64,000 bases of DNA from Eledone cirrhosa (Eukaryota), in NCBI GenBank assembly GCA_964016885.1, contig OZ024748.1, positions 13,764,001 through 13,828,000 on the forward strand, read 5' to 3'. The translations under genes were made by a program, and so were the position numbers. This document shows positions 1 through 14,783 of the stretch, in pieces. The notes under the pieces are model-generated. The model was not told the DNA's origin and searched no databases. It saw only the letters and a program-made list of their open reading frames with translations. Each line of letters begins with the position of its first letter. Within the stretch, counting starts at the first letter, position 1.

Positions 1-9
1 CTGTTGTAA

Positions 10-105
10 TTAATCATCATCATCATCATCTGCATCATCATTATCGACATATTTGTCATCATCATCGTCGTAATAATCAACATGCTCTTCCTTCTCATCA
101 TCATT

Positions 106-149
<44 letters not shown>

Positions 150-1055
150 TATCATTATCAACAATATCGTCATTAAAATCAACATCACCATTATAATCAT
201 TAGGGTCACCATCACCATCATCGTCATCATTAACATCATAATTGTAACCTTCACCATCATCATCATCATCGTTATAACCATCGACACCATCATCATCATC
301 ATCATCATTGTCATCATTATAATCACCATCATAATTATAACCATCACCATCATCATCATCATCGTTATAACCATCGACACCATCATCATCATCATTGCCA
401 TCATTATAATCACCATCATAATTATAACCATCACCATCATCATCGTTATAACCATCGACACCATAATCATCATCATCATTGTCATCATTATAATCACCAT
501 CATAATTGTAACCATCACCATCATCATCATTAAAATCATCACCATCACCCTCACCATCATCATCATAATTATAACTATCATCACCATCATAATTATAACT
601 ATCATCACCATCATCATAATTATAATCATCAACATCACCATCATCACCATCATCATAATTATAATCATCAACATCACCATCATCATCATTTTCATCATTA
701 TAATCATCACCATCACCATCATCATCATTTTCATCATTATAATCATCACCATCATCGTTGGCGTCAGCGTAGTCGTCCTCGTCGTCATAATCATTATTCA
801 CATCATCATCTTCAACATCATCATCATCTTCAACATCATCATCATCTTCAACATCATCATCATCTCCAGCATCATCATCATTGACATCATACTCATTATC
901 GACATCGGCCACGTCTTCACCGTCATCGTAACCATCAGCATTACCTCCACGATCACTGTCATCATTATAAATAGTATTACCATAATGATGATGATCATCA
1001 CCATCAATATCATCATCATCTTCATGTGCAGGATGATGTTGATCCTCATCGACTT

Positions 1056-1090
<35 letters not shown>

Positions 1091-1140
1091 CCATCATTAC
1101 TATCCACATTAATATAATTACTATGCTAATCATTTTCATT
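10..1140. repeat. Cryptic (ATC/CAT)n trinucleotide region with internal ~60-bp re-duplications
   Basis: Runs of catcatcat with variants; the block ataattataaccatcaccatcatcatc...gttataaccatcgacacc recurs several times between ~240 and 520. Confidence 0.9.
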
Positions 1141-1175
1141 TAGCCCTAGTCCGGTTCTTATTTACAAAAATACAC

Positions 1176-3290
1176 CTGTGTATATGTGTGCAGTATATAT
1201 GTGTGTGTATGTATATGTGTATATGTGTGTGTATGTATATATGTGTGTGTTGCGTGTATGTTTGTGTGTGTATATGTGTATGTTTGTGTATGTATATGTG
1301 TGTGTATATCTGTGTGTATGTATGTGTGTGCATGTATATGTGTATATGTGTGTGTATGTATATATGTGTGTGTTGCGTGTATATTTGCGTGTGTATATGT
1401 GTATGTTTGTGTATGTATATGTGTGTGTATATATGTGTGTGTATGTATGTGTGTGTATGTGTATGTGTATATGTGTGTGTATGTATATATGTGTGTGTTG
1501 CGTGTATATTTGCGTGTGTATATGTGTATGTTTGTGTATGTATATGTGTGTGTATATATGTGTGTGTATGTATGTGTGTGTATGTGTATGTGTATATGTG
1601 TGTGTATGTATATATATGTGTGCGTTGCGTGTATGTTTGTGTGTGTATGTATATGTGTATATGTGTGTGTATGTATATATGTGTGTGTTGCGTGTATGTT
1701 TGTGTGTGTATATGTGTATGTTTGTGTATGTATATGTGTGTGTATATCTGTGTGTATGTATGTGTGTGTATGTATATATGTGTGTGTTGCGTGTATGTTT
1801 GTGTGTGTATATGTGTATGTTTGTGTATGTATATGTGTGTGTATATCTGTGTGTATGTATGTGTGTGCATGTATATGTGTATATGTGTGTGTATGTATAT
1901 ATGTGTGTGTTGCGTGTATATTTGCGTGTGTATATGTGTATGTTTGTGTATGTATATGTGTGTGTATATATGTGTGTGTATGTATGTGTGTGTATGTGTA
2001 TGTGTATATGTGTGTGTATGTATATATATGTGTGCGTTGCGTGTATGTTTGTGTGTGTATGTATATGTGTATATGTGTGTGTATGTATATATGTGTGTGT
2101 TGCGTGTATGTTTGTCTGTGTATATGTGTATGTTTGTGTATGTATATGTGTGTGTATATCTGTGTGTATGTATGTGTGTGTATGTATATGTGTATATGTG
2201 TGTGTATGTATATATGTGTGTGTTGCGTGTATGTTTGTGTGTGTATATGTGTATGTTTGTGTATGTATATGTGTGTGTATATCTGTGTGTATGTATGTGT
2301 GTGCATGTATATGTGTATATGTGTGTGTATGTATATATGTGTGTGTTGCGTGTATATTTGCGTGTGTATATGTGTATGTTTGTGTATGTATATGTGTGTG
2401 TATATATGTGTGTGTATGTATGTGTGTGTATGTGTATGTGTATATGTGTGTGTATGTATATATATGTGTGCGTTGCGTGTATGTTTGTGTGTGTATGTAT
2501 ATGTGTATATGTGTGTGTATGTATATATGTGTGTGTTGCGTGTATGTTTGTGTGTGTATATGTGTATGTTTGTGTATGTATATGTGTGTGTATATCTGTG
2601 TGTATGTATGTGTGTGCATGTATATGTGTATATGTGTGTGTATGTATATATGTGTGTGTTGCGTGTATATTTGCGTGTGTATATGTGTATGTTTGTGTAT
2701 GTATATGTGTGTGTATATATGTGTGTGTATGTATGTGTGTGTATGTGTATGTGTATATGTGTGTGTATGTATATATATGTGTGCGTTGCGTGTATGTTTG
2801 TGTGTGTATGTATATGTGTATATGTGTGTGCATGTATATATGTGTGTGTTGCGTGTATGTTTGTGTGTGTATATGTGTATGTTTGTGTATGTATATGTGT
2901 GTGTATATATGTGTGTATGTATGTGTGTGTATGTATATGTGTATATGTGTGTGTATGTATATATATGTGTGCGTTGCGTGTATGTTTGTGTGTGGATATG
3001 TGTATGTTTGTGTATGTATATGTGTGTGTATATATGTGTGTGTATGTATGTATATGTGTATATGTGTGTGTATGTATATATGTGTGTGTTGCGTGTATGT
3101 TTGTGTGTGTATATGTGTATGTTTGTGTATGTATATGTGTGTGTATGTATGTGTGTATATGTATATGTGTATATGTGTGTGTATGTATATATGTGTGTGT
3201 TGCGTGTATGTTTGTGTGTGTATATGTGTATGTTTGTGTATGTATATGAGCATGTTTATGTGTCTGTATGTGTACGTTTGTGCATGCAAT
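1176..3290. repeat. Compound (TG/TA) satellite with higher-order structure
   Basis: Alternating purine-pyrimidine sequence punctuated by gttgcgtgtat, gtttgtgtat, atatctgtg and gtgcatg in recurring order; the tgcgttgcg variant occurs at ~1621, 2033, 2469, 2782 and 2970. Confidence 0.92.
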
Positions 3291-3320
3291 AAATCCCAAT
3301 GTTAAAAAAAGATTGTCATT

Positions 3321-3583
3321 AGAGGTTAGCTTTGACTTTCATTAGAGGGTCGATAAAATAAAGTACCAGTATTGCACTGGTGTCGATTTGTGCATGAATC
3401 AGCAACCCTTATTGGTGGATGGTCAGACTCCATGTTCTGCAGCATAGAGTTATGGCCCTTTATGATCTGGTTTCAAAATCTCGCCGAGGTTAACTTTGCC
3501 TTTCATCCTTGTGGGGTCGATAAAATAAAGTACCAGTAATATACTGAGTAGTTGCTGGCCTTGTGTCAAAAATAGAAACAATT
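3321..3583 (+). mobile_element. tRNA-derived SINE: one partial plus one diverged copy
   Basis: Shares the core gaggttaactttgcctttcatcct..ggggtcgataaaataaagtaccagtaat and 3' end gctggccttgtgtcaaaatagaaac with the other copies. Confidence 0.8.
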
Positions 3584-3787
3584 ATTAATATTATTATACT
3601 CGTTGAAAGCCATACGCAGACACATACTCATGTTCATATATCGATATGGGCCTACCTATGGACACTCTCATACGTATCAATGTGTACCTATGCATACACG
3701 CATACCCACACAGAAAAATTACATGTATGCATTTACATTTCGACAAACCGGGAGAGATATATACGTGTAAATATATATATATATATA

Positions 3788-4205
3788 AAAGAAATAGGAT
3801 TTCGCTTCAAGCATAGCTTTATACAATATGTATAAATATTTCGTATCGCCAAAGAAACGGCTTCCTAAAAGTGTATTTCTTTGGAGATACGAAATATTTA
3901 TACAAATTCTATAAAGCTATGCTAGAAGCGAAATCCTATTTCTTTGTTATTATAAGTTGAGCCAACTTATGCAGCCTCATAAGCAGATGAGATTAATCTA
4001 CTCATTTACACAGACGAGAAAAGTATATATTCTCAGTTGTCTTCTAATCCAGCAGTCGCAAGCGGTGGTAAGGACCGTCCTGACGAAGGCCAGTTAAGCC
4101 TGAAATAGACGCTTGACCCCTTGCTTCTGCTGGGCATCACCGGAGGACGTTAGCCACACGGTGTTTGCATAGCTACGGCTTCCTAAAACTGTATTTCTTC
4201 GAAAT
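3788..4205 (+). mobile_element. Penelope-like pLTR remnant (inverted 5' segment, unit, partial tandem repeat) in (TA)n
   Basis: 70-bp inverted arms at 3788-3857 and 3876-3945; acggcttcctaaaa.tgtatttctt repeated directly at 3857 and 4175; degenerate hammerhead core CTGACGA-aggc/gcct-GAAA at 4080-4105. Confidence 0.6.
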
Positions 4206-4254
4206 AATTATATATATATCTAGATATATATCTATATCTATATATATATTTATA

Positions 4255-4365
<111 letters not shown>

Positions 4366-4370
4366 GTATA

Positions 4371-4560
<190 letters not shown>

Positions 4561-4606
4561 AAAGAATACAAGAGCGTCTGTCTACAACATCAACAAATTT
4601 TTATTG

Positions 4607-4651
4607 GCTTACAATGTTTCTTCCTTACGTAACCGTAGGTTTCTTCAGAGC
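4607..4651 (-). ncRNA. Minimal type-I hammerhead ribozyme motif
   Basis: Minus strand reads gct CTGAAGA aacctacggttacgtaaggaa GAAA cattg TA agc: stem I gct/agc, stem II cctacg/cgtaagg, GUA triplet. The base of stem II is mismatched. Confidence 0.6.
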
Positions 4652-4809
4652 GATAAAAGGGGTTTGATTGGTGTTATGGACTCTACCAACCAAACATTCA
4701 AGAACAAAGAGTAAAGAGAGTAAAGAGCAAAAGCAGGGGACAATAAGTAAGTGCGTCATCTAATACGCTTAACGAAGGAGTTGACGCTAGCTATACATAT
4801 ATATATATA

Positions 4810-4971
<162 letters not shown>

Positions 4972-5243
4972 TATATATACATGCCCGCATGCATAAACAT
5001 ACACATACTAAAAACTGCCGTATACAAGGACATAGATATCCATTCTAATTCTAGAGGCAGATATAAAGATAGATACCTCCAGGATTAAATCAACCATCTT
5101 TCCAAGGACACGTTGAGTTCTTAGAAAGTTATCAGGCCCACCACAACCAGGTGGAATACGATGTGTGGGTAGGTGTATGTATATATATGTGTGCGTGTAT
5201 GTATATATATGTATATACATATATATATATATAATTATATATA

Positions 5244-5309
<66 letters not shown>

Positions 5310-5371
5310 AATATATGTATATACACATATATATACACGCACACATATATATATACATATATATATATAAC

Positions 5372-5402
<31 letters not shown>

Positions 5403-5642
5403 CGTATGTATAAATATATATATATATAAAATATATATAATATATATATATACATACACACATATATATATATATATATACATATATATACATATGTATA
5501 AATATATATATATAACACATATATATATATATAACATATATATATATATATACATATGTATATATATACATATATATATATATATGTTGATTTAAAACTG
5601 CACTATCCACAAGTGTTTTTAGCCTTCATATCATGTTCTCCT

Positions 5643-5710
5643 GTTTTATCTGATGAAAACACAAATATTATTGCATGATGATGTTTGATTTGAAATGCGC
5701 ATAATAAAAT
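5643..5710 (+). ncRNA. Type-I hammerhead motif, family A
   Basis: gttttat CTGATGA aaacacaaatatt...atgtttgattt GAAA tgcgca TA ataaaat: stem I ttttat/ataaaa, extended stem II, palindromic stem III tgcgca. Confidence 0.7.
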
Positions 5711-5720
5711 ACATGGAACT

Positions 5721-5832
5721 CCTTTAACCATCTTTTGATCTTATATTATGTATACTCCAGTCCTACAAACAGTAGAGTGCTTCTTATCCGATATCTGCAT
5801 TGCTTTATTGTACTACAATAAAACTCACCTCC

Positions 5833-5928
<96 letters not shown>

Positions 5929-6103
5929 TATATATATATATATATATATACATATGTAGAATTATATATATATATATAACATAAGTAGGAGGTGAGTAAT
6001 ATTGTAGAACAATAAAACTATGCATATATCAGATAAGTAGCAATCAACAGTTGGTAGAACTGGAGTATATATTAAAGAAGAAATTAAAATATGGTTAAAA
6101 AGG
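5721..6103. repeat. Diverged inverted pair of family-A element ends around a (TA)n tract
   Basis: 5721-5835 (cctttaaccat...tatactccagt...actcacctcctac) is the diverged reverse complement of 5985-6103 (gtaggaggtgagt...actggagtata...atggttaaaaagg). Confidence 0.7.
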
Positions 6104-6198
6104 TTTTATATATAACTTATATATATAAATATATACATATGTATAAATATATATACACATATGTATAAATATATATATAACATATATATATATATAAC

Positions 6199-6248
<50 letters not shown>

Positions 6249-6263
6249 CATATATATATATAT

Positions 6264-6324
<61 letters not shown>

Positions 6325-6361
6325 GTATAAATATATATATATAACATATATATATATATAT

Positions 6362-6398
<37 letters not shown>

Positions 6399-6432
6399 AA
6401 ATATATATATATATATGACATATATATAAAAC

Positions 6433-6470
<38 letters not shown>

Positions 6471-6606
6471 AAAAATGTATAAATATATATATATAGCATA
6501 TATATATACATATATATGTATATACATATGTATAAATATATATATATATATAACATATATATGTATATACACATATATATATATATATATACATATATAT
6601 ACACAC

Positions 6607-6651
<45 letters not shown>

Positions 6652-6685
6652 TATATACATATATATATACATATATATATACATA

Positions 6686-6716
<31 letters not shown>

Positions 6717-6825
6717 ATATATCCTTATATATATACATATATATACATATATATATATACATATATATATATACATATATTTATATACATATATATACAT
6801 ATATATATATAAACATATATATATA

Positions 6826-7290
6826 TTGTTATACTTTGGAAGGGTCATGTTGCCAATAAGAAACACACGCACCAGTTGCTATCACTTCAATTAATTATAA
6901 TAAATTTATAAATTTATAAATTTATAAATTTCTTTATTGGTTGGTTGGTTCCACAACCAGATAGTTGTTTATATATTGTCATAGTTCTTTCGTCACACAC
7001 TATGTGACCTCTTCAGTGACTGGGGATTCTTTTCTTTGTTTTTGTGCCTCTCCTTTGTTCTGTCCTACACCATTTTGTTTCTGTGTGTGTGTTGTGTGCT
7101 CAGTCTGCGCATGCGCCACATCCGGGTGTCTGTGTGTGTTTATGTTCATTTATTTATTTGTTTATTTACATGTTACTTGTTGGTTGTTTGTATTATGTGT
7201 GTGTGTGTTTTCATTTTGTCCTCCCAAAGTATAACAATATCGGTTTCAACACACGATTTCAGATAAAGAATCTTGCTAAACAAATTCAGA
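6826..7290 (+). mobile_element. Non-autonomous element with TGTTATAC.. inverted ends and a 3' tail (copy 1)
   Basis: attgttatactttggaagg ... cctcccaaagtataacaat followed by tttcaacacacgatttcag..aaacaaattca; same layout as 12353-12692. Confidence 0.65.
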
Positions 7291-7341
7291 AACGACATAT
7301 ATATATATACATATATATATATACATATATATATACGTATA

Positions 7342-7375
<34 letters not shown>

Positions 7376-7577
7376 CATATATATATATACATATATATAC
7401 ATATATATACATATATATATACATATATATATACATATATATATATATACATATATATATACATATATACATATATATATACATATATATATATACATAT
7501 ATACATATATATATATACATATATACATATATATATATATACATATATAAACATATATACATACACACACATACATA

Positions 7578-7630
<53 letters not shown>

Positions 7631-8181
7631 GAATATATGTGAATGCGTGTCTTTGTGATTTGCAATTCCTAAGGTATATAAAATAAATTAGATGTATTAG
7701 ATTCAAAATAAGGAAGTGGGGACTGTGTGGGTTGTAGATATATTGTTAAAGATTATCTTGTCGAAAAGGAAGGTATCTCTTAATTGCTCTCGCATAGAAT
7801 TTCTACCCTCTGAGAAACTACATCATTCTTCATTAAAATGACTACTGATGATTAAAAACAAATAGTAATGATGATGATGATTGTTAGAATGAGGATGAAG
7901 GTGATCATGATGATGATCATGGTGATGGTTATGATGATAACGATGACGATGATACTGGTGGTGACGGTGATGGTAGTGCTTTGTTATACAAAGTGTGTAT
8001 TTGGATATGTCTGTGGGCGTGTGCGTTTGTGTGTGAGTGTATGTATGTGTATGTGTGTGTTAGTGTTTGTTATTGTACTTAACTTATCACCTGATTCCTG
8101 TGAGGTGATATCTTTATTTTACCTGTAATAATTTTACGACGTTAGGGTTCGATTGTCAGTGAAATTTATCATTTCCTATAT

Positions 8182-9078
8182 AATGGTTTCTGATTTAGTC
8201 ACAAGGCCCGGGAGGGGAAATCTATTAAAACGACGCCAGTGTGTAACTGGTACTTTATTTTATCGATCCCACAAAGATGAATGGTAAAGATAACGTCGGT
8301 GGGATTTTAAATCGGAACGTGAAAGGCCCTAACTCTATGCTGCTAAAGCATGTTAATAATAATAGCCAAGAATTTCATGATGTTATTAATAATTGTTTCT
8401 ATTTGCGTCACAAGGCCAGCAAATTACCCAGTAAATTACTGGTACTTTATTTTATCGACCCCGTAAGGATGACAGGCAAAGTCAACCTCGGCCGGATTTG
8501 AACTCAGATCGTAAAGGGACGTAACTATGCTGGAAAACATGTCCGACCCTCTACCAATACTGCCAATTCACCGCCCATGATGTTATTAATAATTGTTTCT
8601 ACTTTTGGCACAAGGCCAGCAATTACTCAGTGTATTACTGGTACTTTATTTTATCGACCCCGTAAGGATGAAAGGCAAAGTTAACCTTGGCGGGATTTGA
8701 ACTCAGAAATTAATAATGGTTTCTAATATAGGCACAAGGCGAGCAATCGACCCCAGTGCGTGACTGGTACTTTATTTTATCGACCCCGTAAGGATGAAAG
8801 GCAAAGTTAACATCGGCGGGATTTGAACTCAGATCATAAAGGACCGTAACTCTATGATGCAAAGCATGGCGTCCGACCCTCTACCGATACTGCCAATCCA
8901 CCGTCCTAGCGTTATGTTATTAATAATAACAAGCATGTTAATTTAATAATTGTTTCTTCTTTTGGCACAAGGGCAGCAAATATCCATGTGCATTACTGGT
9001 ACTTTATTTTATTTACTTTATCGACCTCATAAGGATGAAAGACATCATTAACCTTGGCGGGATTTGAACTTAAAACGT

Positions 9079-9080
<2 letters not shown>
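8182..9080 (-). mobile_element. Cluster of five tandem SINE copies/fragments
   Basis: Five iterations of actggtactttattttatcgaccccgtaaggatgaaaggcaaagttaacc..ggcgggatttgaactcaga, separated by repeated tgttattaataat. Confidence 0.9.
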
Positions 9081-9148
<68 letters not shown>

Positions 9149-9933
9149 AGAAAGAGATGGAGATAGAAGTTAGGAAGAGTAAACCCCCAGTAATGAACCG
9201 GTATTTGAGATACGGCGTGAGCTCTTAATCATACAAGCCAGGTAGAACAGTTAGGATGTACAGTTAAATCTACTATCCACATGATATACCTCACCATGAC
9301 GACACTTTCTCTTCCTTTAGCTATAAAATTTGCTATTTGTGTCTTGGGAAAACGAAGCTAATATCTTGTAAAACTGCTACATAGTATAACCGAGTAGAAT
9401 CATATAGTGGACTGGTAAATCTACCTTTGATAGTCTAGAGACCTCATAACCTCATGCTTTTCCATTAATTATTGATAGAGTGAAGCTTGACTTTGTAATT
9501 CAGAGATTATTAATTCAACAGAGTATTAAGTTTATAAATGTTCTGTTTGACGTTGCATTGTCAGTGTCCGCCAAATGAATTAATAATATATCATTGTCCT
9601 GGTATATTTATAAACGAGTGGACTTAACTCTGGTTCTATTTAAACTAGTGTAAATAACTAACATGCTCAGTTATGCTTCATTGTTTTACGGAAAATGACT
9701 GTATGTAGGGAATTGGCAGAATCCTCAGAGCAACGGATAGAATGGCTAGCGGCGCATTCATTAAAAATGTTCTGCTGCTCTCAGAATTCTCAGATTTCAA
9801 CTTCCAAGAACAAAAGTGTAATGTTGACTTTAAAGGGATTTGAACTGCAGACAGTGCAGAAAGTTGAACGAAATACTGAAAATCAATGTGCTACACATTA
9901 GCTGTATGTAGTGAATTGTCAGAATCCTTAGAA

Positions 9934-10275
9934 CAGAGATTATCAAACCTTTAAGGCCACCCCCTCTCACTCATCACCACATAATACACTCAGTGCCCCT
10001 CCCCAACCCTATTTGCAGAGAAACCTGCCTACATCCAAATTGCAAATAATATATAATGCATAAGATCGTTAATTTATTTATAATAAATAATATAATATTT
10101 ACTATGTATAAATATATATTATATACTTTTTATTTTACTATATTTACATATAATATATTATATATCATTTGATATTTAATATACTATTATATCAACTTTA
10201 CCGTGCCCCCAGTGTATCGTGGACCTTCTGAACGCCAGTGGGTGGGGGCAGTAACACCCACTTTGAGAACCTCTG
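9934..10275. mobile_element. hAT (Charlie-like) MITE
   Basis: TIRs cagagattatcaaa / tttgagaacctctg; perfect 8-bp TSD ccttagaa at 9926-9933 and 10276-10283; interrupts the second of two tandem SINE-derived units (9699-9893 and 9902-10435). Confidence 0.88.
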
Positions 10276-10589
10276 CCTTAGAAGCACGGATAGAATGGGT
10301 AGGGACATGAATTTATACGTAATTCAGCTCTCGGAATTCAACTTCTAACAGCAGAAGAGTAAAGTTGACGTTAACGGGATTTGAACTGCCGACAGAGCAG
10401 ACAGTTGAACGAAATACTGAGACTTAATGTCCTACTTTCTATCAAAACTACAAAATCACCAAGCCGTGTACATATTATTGCAATTTTCTACTAAAATTAT
10501 ATTACCGTTATGCCAACGGGGGCAGAAATATGAACCACCATCACGTGCATTTTTGTTAAACGAATAAACCTATCTACATTTGTCTAAAA

Positions 10590-10600
10590 CACACAAACAA

Positions 10601-10639
<39 letters not shown>

Positions 10640-11275
10640 AGCAAAGATACACTCACATATATATAAGCAAAGATACACACACACATATACGTATACACAG
10701 ACGCACACATACACAGATACACACAAATATACACACACATACATACATATACGCAAATACATTCACACACCACAGTCAGACATATCTCTTCTATACACAA
10801 TCTCACACATTCTTATTCTCACACACTCATATATCCACACACTGACATACTCACATAATCATACACTCACACACTCACGTACACACACACACACACACTC
10901 ATGCACTCACACACTCAGACACTGGCACACATACACTCACATACTCACACATACTCTCATACTCTCACCCTCACACCTACACAGTCATAAACACATACAG
11001 TCATACACTGACACACTCACATCCTCACACCTACACTGTCATAAACACACACTTATACCCTCACAGCTACACAAACATACGCACACAGTCACACACTGGC
11101 ACACTCACATCCTCACACATACACAGTCACACACACACACACTCACATACTGACACCTTCACACCAACACAGTCATAAACACACACACAGTCACATACTG
11201 ACACCTTCACACCTACACAGTCATAAACACGCTCAGTCACATACTGACGTACTCACATCCTCACACTTACACAGT
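10590..11275. repeat. Cryptic (CA)n-derived repeat
   Basis: CA-rich tract with recurring cagtcataaacac and ctcacatcctcacac subunits. Confidence 0.8.
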
Positions 11276-11768
11276 CCGTACAGCTGTGGAGAAAATAATG
11301 GACTGCAATGGAATAGATTAAAGTGATCACTCACAAAATTTGGCAATGACAATTGGCTAAAATGAAGCGACCTGTTAGGTCAAAACAGACACCATCTTAA
11401 TCCAGTACCGTGAGGTGGAGGCTGGTAGCCTCCACCTCATCATCATCATCGTCAACATTAACGTCATCATCATTGTCATCATCATGATCATCATCATAGA
11501 CAATTTTGATCGTCATCATCAGCATCATCATAATCCACAACCACCACTATCATCATCATTTATTCAACATCATCATCATCCGCACAATTTAATCAACATC
11601 ATCATCACCACCTTCATCATCATCATCATCATCATCGTCGTCGTCGCTGCCACCGTCGCAACATTATGAATAATTAACTATATACCATTTTTTCCCCGAA
11701 TGCCAAATTTAGATGTGTAGAGAGTGTAACTACGTATATGGTTTATATTAAACGTTGTTGATAATAGT

Positions 11769-11894
11769 CTATAAGTTTGGAGATTGCTTCATTATAGTTT
11801 CAATGCTTGGCATTCTGTCAACCATCGATTGCTTATTAGTGATTATATAGGTTATAAGCGACCTCGCTAGATGAGCAATTGTTTCATAATAAAA
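11769..11894 (-). other. Candidate terminal exon (unidentified)
   Basis: Minus-strand acceptor-like tatttcag followed by open frame FYYETIAHLARSLITYIITNKQSMVDRMPSIETIMKQSPNL*; non-repetitive composition, no homolog recognised. Confidence 0.3.
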
Positions 11895-12227
11895 CCTGAA
11901 ATAGCCTATTAAAGCTTCAAACTTCGTTGGAGAAATAGAAACTTGAACGTGACACCGCCTCATATTGCAATTATATACTTGTAGTGATGGTAGTGGTAGG
12001 GGTGGTGTTGAAGGTGGAGGTGGTGGTGGTGGTGGTGGTGTTGGTGGTGGTGGTAGTGGAGGATGGTGGTAAATGTCGGTGTGTTGTAGTCGTGGTCCTG
12101 ATTCTGGTGGTGGTGGTAAACATAGCCGAAAGAGCGGGAAGAATTAGGTTTTCTTTAAGTTTAATTGCGATAGACAAAGTTGTGGTGTACGACCTTATAC
12201 CTCATTCTATATATGGACACACACACT

Positions 12228-12692
<465 letters not shown>

Positions 12693-12828
12693 TATATATA
12701 TATAAGAAAAATACTTTTTTTTTAAATGAAAAAAAAAGAAAAAAAAAACATGTCCTACATGAGTGAAAGTGTAAGGAAAATAAATTGGAAATGCAACTGG
12801 AGTCTATTTAAGAGTATTTATTTGTTTC

Positions 12829-12864
12829 CTTTACCGGTTTCACAGTTCTTATGCTTTTCAAAAG
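12829..12864 (-). ncRNA. Minimal hammerhead motif with U3-A8 core variant
   Basis: Minus strand: ctt TTGAAAA gca taagaac tgt GAAA ccgg TA aag; homolog at 25744-25779. Confidence 0.5.
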
Positions 12865-14559
12865 TAGAATTGAGATGGAGGGTTTGTGGTTTTTCTCGCA
12901 TATAAAGTTTAGTCTTTCATGACTGAGCAGGTCTGGTGTTCTGGTGACAGGGTGTTAATAGACTAGAAGTCGCCTCTTGTGGCAAGTCTCTTTTCTCAAC
13001 ACTTACAAATATTGTCGGTGTTAATATATTGGTGTTAGTATGAATGTTGACAGTGTTGTTGTTGTTGTTGATGCTTTTGTTAACGTTGTAGTAATGGTGT
13101 TATGATTTTTTATGGGGGATGTTATTGTTAGTGTTGGTGATGGTGAAGACGCTGGTGGAGATGGAGGTGGTGGTGGTGGTGGCATTGCTAATGTCGATCC
13201 TAGTGGCTTCAATGGTTATAATGGTAGTTTTGTGGTCACTGTTGACGTTGTTGGTGCTAGAGTTGATCATTGTTTAATATTGTTGCTGATATTGTTGTTG
13301 ATGTGATGAGAATATTAATGATGTTATTGTTGTTGTATGATGTTGTAGTGGTGTTAAATTCTGTGCCAGTTTTACAGGTATTTTATATAAAAAAAGATTA
13401 ATTTTTTTTTCATTAATACCATTTCTCGAATGAAAGGCGTCAGTGCAAAGGGTTAAATAAGAACAACTGATTGTATTTACTGTAAGATTTTATATAGGTA
13501 TCTTTTCTTTAATCATGTTAGAAACAGGTGCACGTTAATTAGAAATCTAGTATGATCTAATGAGAGAGTAATGGATTATTTCACGTAGGGATGTAACAAC
13601 AACGATGTCGTCGACGACGATGATGATGATGACGATGGTGATGGTAATGATGATGGTGGTGATGATGGCAATGACGACAATAAGGACGGTGATGTCACTG
13701 CAGCGGAACGTGATTAGGATGATGAGGATAATGAGGAGGAGGGTGACGATGTTGATGATGATGATGATGATGATGATAGAGATGATGATGATGTTGGAGA
13801 TGATGTTGAAGAATATATATATATATATATACATATAAGAGAGAGAGAGAGAGGGGTGGAGAGGGGGATCGATAGAGAGATAGAGTTAAGTGCACAGTAA
13901 CTGTCAAGAATGGTGATGACATTTGAAATTTCCTTCGTATTCTACTTCTTTCCCATATCTTGCCCAGTGTCAATCTGACACATGAGGTAAAGTATATATA
14001 TAGCGAGAGTCTATGGCTCCGTTAATCTATCGTGATATATATATATATATCACGATATATCACGTGTCTATAGCGAAATATACTCCTAGAACACATCCGC
14101 TGAGGCTAAAGAACGCAAGACTTGTTGAAGAAGTAAATCCTTTGTTCTGTCGTCAAAAACCATTAACTTGCAGACCCCAACAAGCGGAATTAGTCGATCT
14201 CGGATTTACAGAAACCTAGCGTGGATGTTGTGTGTTGTATGTTGATATATATCGTATGCTATACGATATGCATTATATATTGCATTCGGTCTCCGCGCAA
14301 TGGTCCAGGTCAGTCTCAAAATCTTTTCCTGAGTCCAACCAATTTCGTTGCTATGGCAATGCGGCTGGACTGCCGATCGCAATATTTGATTTTCAAAACT
14401 TATTGTTATTACTCTGGGGTATCATTCTCTATCGAGTGCTAAAGCTACATTCCGAATTTGCATTCGTTAGCTTAGCCGCTGCCTAAAGCTTCGTTAATGC
14501 TGTACTAAAATTTATATATATATTTGGATATAATGCTCTGAAATAGCGATGTATATGTG

Positions 14560-14783
14560 AAGACAAACATAGAATATTCGAAAATATTCTGTATGTTTAT
14601 AATAAACATTTTGAAGACCCAATCGATGATTTCTAATAAGAATGAAACGCGTAGGTTACTTCCCTTGCTTTTATCGAGAATCCCAAATTGTAATACGTGA
14701 CGTATTCTATTCTATAGCGATTGGATCTTCAAAATGTTTATTATAAACATACAGAATATTTTCGAATATTCTATGTTTGTCTT
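14560..14783. mobile_element. 66-bp inverted repeat enclosing a degenerate hammerhead-like motif
   Basis: Arms 14560-14625 and 14718-14783 are near-perfect; the spacer begins (tc)GATGA t ttct aata agaa t GAAA cgcg TA. Confidence 0.6.

Noticed and set aside
10-912. 300-aa Asp-rich ORF resembling acidic biomineralisation proteins
   Set aside because: It is the GAT frame of an (ATC)n cryptic microsatellite with no signal peptide, and the opposite strand is equally open (poly-Ile). It cannot be fully excluded without RNA-seq.
1136-3305. Long (485-717 aa) ORFs in all six frames
   Set aside because: Alternating TG/TA satellite has no stop codons; these are not genes.
5097-5140. CTGATAA plus hairpin on the minus strand
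   Set aside because: No GAAA-stem III-UH follows the hairpin.
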